Of a stretch of DNA of 49,973 nt, positions 15,275-23,103 are shown one piece after another; position 1 is the stretch's first letter, and the number at the start of each line of letters is the position of its first letter. Made by a program: the position numbers and the translations under genes. Source of the DNA: a virus; the IMG/VR virus record IMGVR_UViG_3300017989_000027; one strand, 5' to 3'. Under the pieces are notes generated by a model. It did not search any database. It saw only the letters and a list, made by a program, of their open reading frames with translations, and was not told the DNA's origin.

Positions 15275-15802
15275 ATGGCAAAGAAAGTTTCAACCAAGGA
15301 ACGGACTAAGGGACGAGCTAAGGGTCGGACTAAGGGACGTTCCACACCAAAAGATAATGGGCAGACACGGAAGGATTACACCCTCACGGTAAGCCGGTCA
15401 GATGACGTGGATGTCATGACCGTTCACAAGAGCCGTGGGATTAAGAGTGGACTGGGAGTCTGTAGCTTTGCAGCCGACTTGCTGCGGGTGAACGAGGATC
15501 TTCCCAAGCACCGCCGCATGACGGACGAAGAGATGCGACGGATTATGATCGAGGAATTTTCTCACAGACTGACGCTTGCCCGCTCCAGCATACGGCGGCT
15601 GTACGAGCGGAGGATTACCATGGGGTACTACCGTACCCTTTACAACATGGGCCATTTGATAAAGAAGAAACCAAGGAAGCTCTCACATCAGTTCGATACG
15701 AAAGGCGAGATCATACCGGAGGCAAGGGGTAAAGGACGACCTAGCCGTACCGTTCGCGATCTTCTGGAGGAGAAACGATGGGCAAAGAAAGCCAAAACAT
15801 GA
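15275..15802 (+). CDS. Hypothetical basic protein, 175 aa (MAKKVSTKERTKGRAKGRTKGR...).
   Basis: I chose ATG 15275 because the track start 15233 lies inside the predicted -10. Confidence 0.55.
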   Translation: MAKKVSTKERTKGRAKGRTKGRSTPKDNGQTRKDYTLTVSRSDDVDVMTVHKSRGIKSGLGVCSFAADLLRVNEDLPKHRRMTDEEMRRIMIEEFSHRLTLARSSIRRLYERRITMGYYRTLYNMGHLIKKKPRKLSHQFDTKGEIIPEARGKGRPSRTVRDLLEEKRWAKKAKT

Positions 15803-16047
15803 ATGGGAGAGAACCGGGTCGGGTGCCTTGTCCGCTTTGTCTGCGGTTTCGGTTGGCGAGGAAGTACGATGGACTGGATCTTGGGAACTTCGATTTCTGC
15901 CCGCTGTGCGGAAGGGAGATGAAGGCCAATGGCAAAGTTTCTCTCCGTTCGGAAAACGCTGGAAGTCTGCCGCAGCTTGGGATGGTTGATCGGCAAGGTG
16001 GAGCAACCTGCCAACTATCGACGGTCGGGCTTGCAGGGTGCATCTGA
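15799..16047 (+). CDS. Possible zinc-ribbon ORF (CPLC-x19-CPLC). Its 3' part overlaps the next gene in another frame.
   Basis: ATGA start/stop overlap at 15799-15802. Only the first ~45 codons look protein-like. Confidence 0.3.
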   Translation: MNGREPGRVPCPLCLRFRLARKYDGLDLGNFDFCPLCGREMKANGKVSLRSENAGSLPQLGMVDRQGGATCQLSTVGLAGCI

Positions 16048-16387
16048 CCTCTTCGGGTTTGCCGACCTTGTGGCGATTGTTCCGGGTAAGCCTGGAACCT
16101 TGTACCTCCAGGTAACGGCCGGTGGGAACGGTTCGGTTCGCGTCGATAAGATGCTGGACTTTGAGGACGGTGTGGCTGATGCTGTTCAGACGGTTCTGAA
16201 TGCAGGCAACTACGTTGAGGTATGGGATTGGGTAGTGCGAAGCCCGCGGGGAACCAAACGGAAGTTTCGGGATGCGATCCGTTGGCAACTCTCTACGCAG
16301 TTTGATGAGCTTGTTGCGGAACGGGTTCAGGACTTCTCGGAATTTGCGGTGGATTGGTCCAAATCATTCCGGGAGATTGTGGGATGA
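15929..16387 (+). CDS. Hypothetical protein, 152 aa. Weak resemblance to PD-(D/E)XK resolvase-type nucleases.
   Basis: SDLFGFADLVAIVPGKPGTLYLQVT resembles a D...D-x(n)-(E/Q)xK core. The assignment is tentative. Confidence 0.5.
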   Translation: MAKFLSVRKTLEVCRSLGWLIGKVEQPANYRRSGLQGASDLFGFADLVAIVPGKPGTLYLQVTAGGNGSVRVDKMLDFEDGVADAVQTVLNAGNYVEVWDWVVRSPRGTKRKFRDAIRWQLSTQFDELVAERVQDFSEFAVDWSKSFREIVG

Positions 16388-16860
16388 ACGTCTTGCTTCA
16401 GACCGCTGGGTATTTGGGGCTCTCGGGACCTGTTGGGATCTTGCTCGGACTAGGTGGGATCTTCATCCTCACGGGACTGTTGTTGTGGTGGTTGAACCGG
16501 CGACCAGGGTATTGCTATGAGTGCTGGGAGAAGGGGAAGTTTACACTGCGTCCGACGGCAGGGGTCCGGTGCTATTGCCAGCATCCGATTGGGCCGTGGA
16601 CCCCGAGCCACTTCTTTCACGGTGGGTTCTTCTACGCGGTAGCGAGGTGTGCGTTTGCAAAGGACTGGGATACCTGGATGGTGATTCTGGCCGTGCTGGC
16701 GTTCGAGGCGTTGTGGGAGATCGTGGAGAATACCAAGTTGGTGATTATGGCTTTTCACAAGGCCAATCATCATAGCTACTGGGGTGACTCGGTGGCGAAT
16801 TCGATTGGGGACATGTTGGCTTGTTTACTTGGGGCTTGTGCCTTAGCACTTTTCATTTAG
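16384..16860 (+). CDS. DUF2585/UPF0314-family integral membrane protein.
   Basis: WTPSHFFHGGFFY and EALWEIVENTKLVI..YWGDSVANSIGDMLACLLG match my recollection of the UPF0314 signature. ATGA overlap with the upstream stop. Confidence 0.6.
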   Translation: MNVLLQTAGYLGLSGPVGILLGLGGIFILTGLLLWWLNRRPGYCYECWEKGKFTLRPTAGVRCYCQHPIGPWTPSHFFHGGFFYAVARCAFAKDWDTWMVILAVLAFEALWEIVENTKLVIMAFHKANHHSYWGDSVANSIGDMLACLLGACALALFI

Positions 16861-16869
16861 GAGCGAATC

Positions 16870-17175
16870 ATGGAAAACAACTTGCGTTTCCGAATTGCGT
16901 TGCGACTTGCGGCCGGCAGAAAAATGGATACTAAAGATTTCAAGAGTTTCAAGGCTGCGATGAGAGACCAAGACGTTCAAGAGGAGATCTTAACGGCCGT
17001 ATCGGTTGGGATGTTTGAGATCATCGGGTCTTCAGAGACCTTTGTGCCGATTTATGACTCAGAAGGTATCCTGACGGGACTAGATGGTAGCCTGGTTGAA
17101 GTCTTCCGGGCACTTCTTCAATTCATGCTTGAGCATTGGGATGAAATTCTGAAGATCATCCTGCTGCTTATCTGA
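16870..17175 (+). CDS. Hypothetical protein, 101 aa.
   Basis: Intact ORF in the plus-strand operon. Confidence 0.5.
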   Translation: MENNLRFRIALRLAAGRKMDTKDFKSFKAAMRDQDVQEEILTAVSVGMFEIIGSSETFVPIYDSEGILTGLDGSLVEVFRALLQFMLEHWDEILKIILLLI

Positions 17176-17197
17176 GCGGCGTACCGGGGAATTTACC

Positions 17198-17653
17198 ATG
17201 GACCCTATTGAATTTGCGGAGGCTATGATAGCAATGACCGACCCGATGACCGACCCAACTCCCAAGACGGCAGAGGATCACTACCAAGAGTTGTTCAATG
17301 AGATCCGTGCGTTGCACGGGAAGAAAGGGCAGGACTACGGGACACAGAACGATGCGTTTGCGAATCTGAGGGCGGCTGAGCGGTTTGGGTTTCCCGCGTG
17401 GGTGGGCGTGCTGTTGAGAATGGAAGATAAGATGAGCCGGTTGACCGCCTTCGTTAAGAACGGGGACTTGGCCAACGAGTCGGCAGAAGACTCGTTTCTG
17501 GATTTGGCCAACTACGCCATGCTTGGACTGGCGTTGCTTCGGGAAGAAACCTATTTAGGCAAGCGTTCGCTCAATTCCGTAGATGGTGACTGTAACAGAG
17601 GCACCAGCACCGGCCATTATGATGGTGAGGGTGCCCGTAGGGTCCCCCATTAG
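17198..17653 (+). CDS. DUF1599-like (nucleotide-modification-associated domain 1) protein.
   Basis: GKKGQDYG ... GVLLRMEDKMSRL pattern. The last 33 codons overlap the convergent gene 17555-17920. Confidence 0.5.
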   Translation: MDPIEFAEAMIAMTDPMTDPTPKTAEDHYQELFNEIRALHGKKGQDYGTQNDAFANLRAAERFGFPAWVGVLLRMEDKMSRLTAFVKNGDLANESAEDSFLDLANYAMLGLALLREETYLGKRSLNSVDGDCNRGTSTGHYDGEGARRVPH

Positions 17654-17920
17654 GATTTGTTCGGTAAGTGCTATGCGGGTCCCGCCGGCTAAGGCTACTC
17701 CGGCTGCTGCCGTACCATAAAGTTGTTCTGCCGCTGTTGCTGCTGCCCCATTCTCATCATGGAAGATTTTGTACGTCGCTGCCGCCCCAGCCGTCTCGCA
17801 AAGGACAATGAGGGTGACTCGTGTTGTAGTGTTGGCTGGGGGGCTGTAGGTTAGTGTTGTACCAGCCGGAGTAAGCTGGGCCTGTGCCAACTGCTTGATG
17901 GCCATCGTTTCAGTTGCCAT
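17555..17920 (-). CDS. Hypothetical Ala/Thr/Gly-rich protein, 121 aa. Last gene of the late operon.
   Basis: Strong SD GGGAGGAG upstream of ATG 17920. Confidence 0.6.
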   Translation of the reverse strand: MATETMAIKQLAQAQLTPAGTTLTYSPPANTTTRVTLIVLCETAGAAATYKIFHDENGAAATAAEQLYGTAAAGVALAGGTRIALTEQILMGDPTGTLTIIMAGAGASVTVTIYGIERTLA

Positions 17921-17971
17921 GATCTCCTCCCGCAGTGCTTGTCGGGGTTGGGTCTATTCGGGTTGGGTTCG

Positions 17972-20599
17972 TTACTCGAAAAACCAGGGGTTCACCTGGG
18001 ATGGTCCGAGGACCTGGATTCCCACTTCCCCGGTTGCGGCTGACGTGAAGTACATGTCAAGTTGGTACTGGGTGACGTACCCGAGTTCTTCGTCGTTCAA
18101 CCAGATTTTGCCGATGGGGAATCGGTCTCCAGTACCGCTGAGTCTGACGTTATCCGACTGGACGGCACATGGGTAGATCAGGTCTACAACGAACCAGAGA
18201 TTTTCTTGCCGATCATAGCATAGGATCACCTTCTGGTTCGTTTCAATCTTCTCGTAGTACCAGTTATATGCTTCGACGTTGTTTGCACTATCAGAAGTTG
18301 TAACTGGATCGGAGCCCAAATCCTTCCAATAGATCCCGAATTGACCACGGCCACCGGGGGCGAGGTCTGCAACATCCTCATAGACGGCTAAGGCCAACAG
18401 CTTGAAGTTGGCATCAACGTATTCCCAACGGCGGCGGACCTCCTGCCATCGAGCATAACCGACAGAGCCGTGTTGACCACCGCCCCCAACGCGACCCACG
18501 CCAACGTAGTAGGCACTGGCAGTTGACGTGTCGAGTTCACCCGGACGGTAAACCTCAACGGCTGGGGTACCTGGTTCGTCGTTGAATTGGGCAGCAAACG
18601 AGATGGGCCAGGACTCGTTTGCATTCTGTACAAAGTCTTCTGTACACTCAAATTGTCGAAGGTGGGTGCGTTCGTCGATGACGAATAGTGGGCGGATGTC
18701 GGAGGATACGTCAAGGCTTCCATTGAGTCGGGCATGGAAGATGGTGTAGCCCGGCAGGATGTTTACCTTGTCCTCGGCAATGGTACTGGTTGGGACGGTG
18801 ACGGTAGCAGGTGGTGCTCCGGCGGCGTCCATGTCAACTGTTGCACCACTGCCTGCCCCGGTGATGCGACGGGTTGCCCCTGCCCCAGTCTCGAAGGCAG
18901 CGGAGCCATAGCCGGTGTGAATGTCCAGTTGGGTTCCCGTATCCTGGAATAAGTAGCCCCAGGCCCCGGAGCCTGCTTGGTCGACCCGTTCGTTGTTGGT
19001 GAACACGCCAACCTTGCCCTGATAAACACATTCTGAAATGGACTCGACGGTCTGGCGGCAGTCGAGAATCCAACAGTCTGGGCCTTGGGTCCAGGTTCCC
19101 TCGCGTTGGTCGCCCCCTTGCTCGGGGTCGAACCGCATGACCTTTCCCTCGAACACGCCGGATGCGTTGGCAGAGGAATAGCGTTTGCCACTGTTGGGAA
19201 TGGCTTGGACGTATTGGAAGACCCGTGGATAGACTGGGAAACCTTGACGCATTATGTCTGTAGGAGCAAGGCTTTCCCGTCCCGGGGTGATCGCTTCTCT
19301 GGAGGAAAATGGGGGACTGCCGAGTTGAAGTTGGTTGGGACCGGATGGTGCCGTGGGGAATGGTTGGAAAAGGGCGTCGGCAGGAACGGAGGGCCCAACC
19401 AGTTCGGTGGCCATTCCGATTTCAGGGTGGCCTTTGTCCGACCAGGACATACGACCGATCTTGGAGCCGAGAAGGACGGTGGATTGCAGGCCGCGTAGGA
19501 GATAGCGGGCCCATCCTGTGACGTTGTTCAGACGGTCTTTGTAGTCGCCGGCTACCTCAGTTGCACGGGCGTCGCAAGCGGCTTGGTTCAGGTGGGTGCC
19601 GTCGAAGGCGTAGACGGCCGGCATGTCGTCCCAGAGCGGAAGAACGGTACCGGCTACTGCGTCTGCAAGTGAGGTAGTGATGTCTTTTGTGTAGGGTCCG
19701 GCGTCAATGAAGTTGCCGGAGGCTTGTTTGATTTCGCGTTCGGTTCCATGATGTTCCTCCCGGCGATGGAAGAACACGCGGATGGTTTCGGGGTGATTGG
19801 TGGATGGGCCTTGGACCGGAGCGTATGAAGAAAGTAGCTCGACGTTCGTGATGGACGTTAGGTCTTGATCTTCACTGAGGTCGACGAAGCTGAAGATGGC
19901 GGACGTGACGGAATAGGCTAGACCGCAATGGAGTTTGTCCAGGATGCACTGGATAGCATCCATGGTGGGAACTCCAACGAACCGGAAGTTGCGAGGATAG
20001 TCGTCCGGGGCAAAGGGAAGGGTTGGGCAGTCACCGGGACCTTGACCGGGTAGCTCATCCCACAGATCGTCAAGCATGTCTTGCCAAGACCAGAGATTCC
20101 CTCCGGTTAGGCTATCTGCATAGTAGAGACTTGTTTGGGAGGAGAAATCGGCTGATGCGTCAGCATCTTCTGGAGGAGAAGGACATAGGCAGTTGTAGGC
20201 ATGGTTGTTCAGGACGGACATACGGAACCATGCCCGCTTGTCCTGAAGGCAGAGGAGGTAGGGTGTCTGGTTGCCCGGGTCGTGGGAGTCGGTGTAGAGG
20301 GCGTGGGCGTAGGCAAAGCGTAGCCCGGATAGATTGACGGACGCACTGCCGTAGTGGAAGACCAGGGAGAAGTCTGCTGCCTTGTCCAGGTTGTCCAGGT
20401 CTTTTTTGGAAATGAGGAGAAAGGCGTTGCCTGGTTCGGTGCCTAGCTGGGTGTAGTAGCCGTTTGGTTTGCCTTCCCAATGACTCGTGCGATGACCAAG
20501 ACGGTGGGCTTCAGATGCCAGGAGCCATGGGTCGAGTGGATGGATCGGGTCGTGGTCTCCCTCCTGGGTAATGATGATGTCCGTCTTGATGTAGGACAT
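17972..20599 (-). CDS. Large virion protein, 875 aa. Probably a tail or host-interaction protein.
   Basis: Long uninterrupted ORF at the end of the structural region. No polymerase or enzyme motif recognised. Confidence 0.7.
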   Translation of the reverse strand: MSYIKTDIIITQEGDHDPIHPLDPWLLASEAHRLGHRTSHWEGKPNGYYTQLGTEPGNAFLLISKKDLDNLDKAADFSLVFHYGSASVNLSGLRFAYAHALYTDSHDPGNQTPYLLCLQDKRAWFRMSVLNNHAYNCLCPSPPEDADASADFSSQTSLYYADSLTGGNLWSWQDMLDDLWDELPGQGPGDCPTLPFAPDDYPRNFRFVGVPTMDAIQCILDKLHCGLAYSVTSAIFSFVDLSEDQDLTSITNVELLSSYAPVQGPSTNHPETIRVFFHRREEHHGTEREIKQASGNFIDAGPYTKDITTSLADAVAGTVLPLWDDMPAVYAFDGTHLNQAACDARATEVAGDYKDRLNNVTGWARYLLRGLQSTVLLGSKIGRMSWSDKGHPEIGMATELVGPSVPADALFQPFPTAPSGPNQLQLGSPPFSSREAITPGRESLAPTDIMRQGFPVYPRVFQYVQAIPNSGKRYSSANASGVFEGKVMRFDPEQGGDQREGTWTQGPDCWILDCRQTVESISECVYQGKVGVFTNNERVDQAGSGAWGYLFQDTGTQLDIHTGYGSAAFETGAGATRRITGAGSGATVDMDAAGAPPATVTVPTSTIAEDKVNILPGYTIFHARLNGSLDVSSDIRPLFVIDERTHLRQFECTEDFVQNANESWPISFAAQFNDEPGTPAVEVYRPGELDTSTASAYYVGVGRVGGGGQHGSVGYARWQEVRRRWEYVDANFKLLALAVYEDVADLAPGGRGQFGIYWKDLGSDPVTTSDSANNVEAYNWYYEKIETNQKVILCYDRQENLWFVVDLIYPCAVQSDNVRLSGTGDRFPIGKIWLNDEELGYVTQYQLDMYFTSAATGEVGIQVLGPSQVNPWFFE

Positions 20600-20626
20600 G
20601 GAAAACCTCCTGAACTAACATCCACT

Positions 20627-20656
20627 ATAATAAAATCCGTGATTAGGGGGGTATAT
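20627..20656 (+). promoter_or_regulatory. Conserved 30-nt element, copy C (plus orientation).
   Basis: ATAATAAAATCCGTGATTAGGGGGGTATAT. It is inverted relative to copy D, which lies 315 bp away. Confidence 0.5.
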
Positions 20657-20700
20657 GTAGGGCGGGGTGGGTTTTGAAAGGGATTTGTTTCTAAAGGGTT

Positions 20701-20770
20701 ATACTATACATATATATATAAGTATATATAAGTATATAGTAGTAGTAAGTAGTAGTAAGTAGTGAGTTCG
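20701..20770. repeat. AT-rich tract with a (TA)n run and five phased 10-nt units that each start with AGT.
   Basis: catatatatata, then agtatatata, agtatatagt, agtagtaagt, agtagtaagt, agtgagttcg. It is by eye the most AT-rich stretch of the genome. Confidence 0.8.
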
Positions 20771-20781
20771 ATGTGATGGGT

Positions 20782-20970
20782 TTAGTTGGTGTTGGTATCC
20801 TGGTAGTAGTACTCTTTGATGAATGAAAGACATTCTTCGAGACCCATGTGGTCACAGTCACCTGTCAGACAGCCAATGTCCATCTGTGCAAGGTGACTCA
20901 GAAGCCAGGTCAGGAAATGGTCGAGGTCTAAGTTGGTGGTCCGGTTGTCTGATTCGTTGGTCTGTACCAT
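20782..20970 (-). CDS. Hypothetical acidic protein, 62 aa.
   Basis: ATG 20970 abuts copy D of the 30-nt element (GGGGGGTATAT-ATG). Confidence 0.45.
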   Translation of the reverse strand: MVQTNESDNRTTNLDLDHFLTWLLSHLAQMDIGCLTGDCDHMGLEECLSFIKEYYYQDTNTN

Positions 20971-21000
20971 ATATACCCCCCTAATCGCGGTTTTTATTAT
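20971..21000 (-). promoter_or_regulatory. Conserved 30-nt element, copy D.
   Basis: Minus sense ATAATAAAAACCGCGATTAGGGGGGTATAT, preceded by the palindrome TGAACAGTCGTTCA (21002-21015). Confidence 0.5.
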
Positions 21001-21012
21001 ATGAACGACTGT

Positions 21013-21267
21013 TCACCTAGTTTTCTTTGCAATGAAGTTGAGCTTGGAAGTCTTGCCGGTCAGACGAAGGTTGGATGATGGTCGGACTCCATGACGTGTT
21101 CCGTACATGCGGACTTTGCCATGACCTCCAAACATGTGCATTCGACGCCAGGCAGTTAGGTGTTTGAGACGGTTGGGGAGCTTTCTGTAGGCTGCACCTG
21201 GGACCCGCCTAACATGGCGGATCTCGTGCAGGTGTCCCCATCGTACCTGGCCGGTCGGTCTGCCCAT
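21013..21267 (-). CDS. Very basic small protein, 84 aa.
   Basis: SD GAAGGAA upstream of ATG 21267. Rich in Arg, His and Lys. Confidence 0.5.
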   Translation of the reverse strand: MGRPTGQVRWGHLHEIRHVRRVPGAAYRKLPNRLKHLTAWRRMHMFGGHGKVRMYGTRHGVRPSSNLRLTGKTSKLNFIAKKTR

Positions 21268-21389
21268 CAGACGATTCCTTCAGTAGCTTGGACTTGTTGA
21301 GCTTCTTTCTACGCCGTTTCTTCCTTGGCTTTCGGTAGGTGTAACGGCTTCGGTGGTATCTCATTGGGCATTGGAATCAACCTGGGTTA

Positions 21390-21626
21390 TTAGCCGTACT
21401 TTCTTTTCCGACGGGCGTACTCGCCTAACCCTTTCATTGCACGCACACGTTGGTTGACTCCAATACGTAAGGCATGACGGCCAACTGCATCTTTCCTTGT
21501 AGCTTTGAGGCTTCTTGCCTTTTCTGTCCTGGCCCTTGCTGTTGTTCTGTGTTTTTCCATTCGCAAGGTTCCTGTGGTTGTCTTAACCGCAGAAACAATT
21601 CTCTTAGCCCGTGTAGTTCTAGGCAT
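21390..21626 (-). CDS. Very basic small protein, 78 aa (MPRTTRAKRIV...RRKRKYG).
   Basis: I chose the internal ATG 21626, 5 nt after the portal-like stop. Confidence 0.45.
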   Translation of the reverse strand: MPRTTRAKRIVSAVKTTTGTLRMEKHRTTARARTEKARSLKATRKDAVGRHALRIGVNQRVRAMKGLGEYARRKRKYG

Positions 21627-21630
21627 GATA

Positions 21631-22890
21631 CTATCCTGCGTAGCGGACCCGATAGCCGTTGGGAGGTTCCTGGGATACCGGGTTCTGGTTGGTGGATGCC
21701 CCGGGTGGTTCAACAACGGGCATCTTCTGATCGTCGGATTGCTCTTGCTCAGCTTGCTGTTGTCCAGGGCGTAGCAGACCGAACGGGACGATTTCGTATT
21801 GGATGCCCGTTCCGAAGTTGGCTTGGACTAAGGGCTCGAAGATTTGTTCATTTGCGTCGTTGATGTTCCAGTTGACTTCTTCCTGGAGGATGGCATAGAA
21901 AGCGTCTTCTGGTACGCGACGGCCGGCATAGGCCCCGGTCCCTTCTGCCCTTGCGATTTCAGGCGGGATGCCTATTGCCTCCAGAATTTCGTCATTCAGG
22001 TCACGCCCATGTTCCATGATGTGAGAGGGCGGTGGCGTGACGGTGGGCGGAAGGTATTCCCACTGTTTGTTGCCCGTGGTTGGGTTCGTGACGTTGGGTA
22101 GAGCGAGGGTGCCACCCGTTCGCTTTTTGTCCAAGACCTCCTGGGCTTCATGCTTGTAGTTTTTTCGGGTTGCGACGTTGCCTGTGCCCTGCATGATCTC
22201 ATCGGAACCGACGGGATAGTACAGGGTGCCACCCTCGAAGGCGTACTTGTGCATGAAAAGGGATCGGCTGTCCCGGAAACCACCTTCGTCCCATTTCTCG
22301 ATCCAGGGAAGGTAGGCTGCATAGAGACGGCTTCGGCCGTACCATCGGTGATAGTTGCGGCTGTGGACCGTCCAAAGGACACGGGGCTTGTAAAGGTAGA
22401 TGCTCTCTAGGGTGGCGTTGTCTTCACTGGACTTCATTTTGATGCGGGCGTACACAAGGGCCCCGCGGTGTGCCCCCGCCCGACAGGAAAGTGGTTGTAG
22501 GGACTTGAGCTTGTCGAAGTGGATACGACCTTCCCGGACGTAGTACAGGACTTCTGAGCACGAGAAGCCCCATTCTAGTGATTGGAAGGCTTGGATTGCT
22601 GCGGTTCTCCAGTAGCGGGTGATGTTGTCGGCAAGGAAGTCTTTGACCTCCGGGTTGTCACAGTCAATGAAGAACCGGGCACGGGACAGCAAGGGACCTT
22701 TGAGGAGCCAAAGCCCGAATTGGACACGGGCGTCCGTCATCATCTCTTCGACGATGCCAAGATGGAAACTGGGTTGCCTACGGCGTAAGGCAAGCCATGC
22801 CGTCCAGGCCGCGGGCTCATAATTGCCCGTGATAGGTGGGCCGAGAAAACTGTTCTTGCCGGGCATTTTGGGCTTCCTCTTGTTGAGCAA
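21631..22890 (-). CDS. Portal-like protein, 419 aa.
   Basis: The segments EWGFSCSEVLYYVREG, AAYLPWIEKWDEGGFRDSRSLFMHKYAFEGGTLYYP and DLNDEILEAIGIPPEI resemble Mu gp29/DUF935-type portal motifs, judged by eye. Confidence 0.55.
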   Translation of the reverse strand: MLNKRKPKMPGKNSFLGPPITGNYEPAAWTAWLALRRRQPSFHLGIVEEMMTDARVQFGLWLLKGPLLSRARFFIDCDNPEVKDFLADNITRYWRTAAIQAFQSLEWGFSCSEVLYYVREGRIHFDKLKSLQPLSCRAGAHRGALVYARIKMKSSEDNATLESIYLYKPRVLWTVHSRNYHRWYGRSRLYAAYLPWIEKWDEGGFRDSRSLFMHKYAFEGGTLYYPVGSDEIMQGTGNVATRKNYKHEAQEVLDKKRTGGTLALPNVTNPTTGNKQWEYLPPTVTPPPSHIMEHGRDLNDEILEAIGIPPEIARAEGTGAYAGRRVPEDAFYAILQEEVNWNINDANEQIFEPLVQANFGTGIQYEIVPFGLLRPGQQQAEQEQSDDQKMPVVEPPGASTNQNPVSQEPPNGYRVRYAG

Positions 22891-23103
22891 AGTTCAAGAC
22901 GGCTTCGGCTGCAATGTCGGGATCGCCGGTGGCTTCCATGAATAGCCGGTAAACTCCGTCCTGTGTTATGGTGCCTTGGGCTTTGCGGTAGAAGATTTCC
23001 TGCTCCGCCTTGATCGCGGAAAGGTTCTCAAGCAGGATTCTCCTCCAGAAAGGATGTAGGGTAGCCGGGTTCAGATGGTACCAAAAGGCTATGCGACAAT
23101 CGC

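Noticed and set aside
17972-20599. The 875-aa ORF as a T7-like single-subunit RNA polymerase matching the T7-promoter-like 30-nt element.
   Set aside because: I see no polymerase motifs (nothing like R..K...M..YG or HDS). Its composition and position fit a tail or host-recognition protein.
22891-23103. An independent small gene starting at ATG 22939 in the 213-nt gap (MEATGDPDIAAEAVLNF..., 40 aa).
   Set aside because: It has no SD and is simply the tail of the 97-codon -1 frame that begins at the A9 run. I kept it as part of the frameshift hypothesis rather than as a separate gene.
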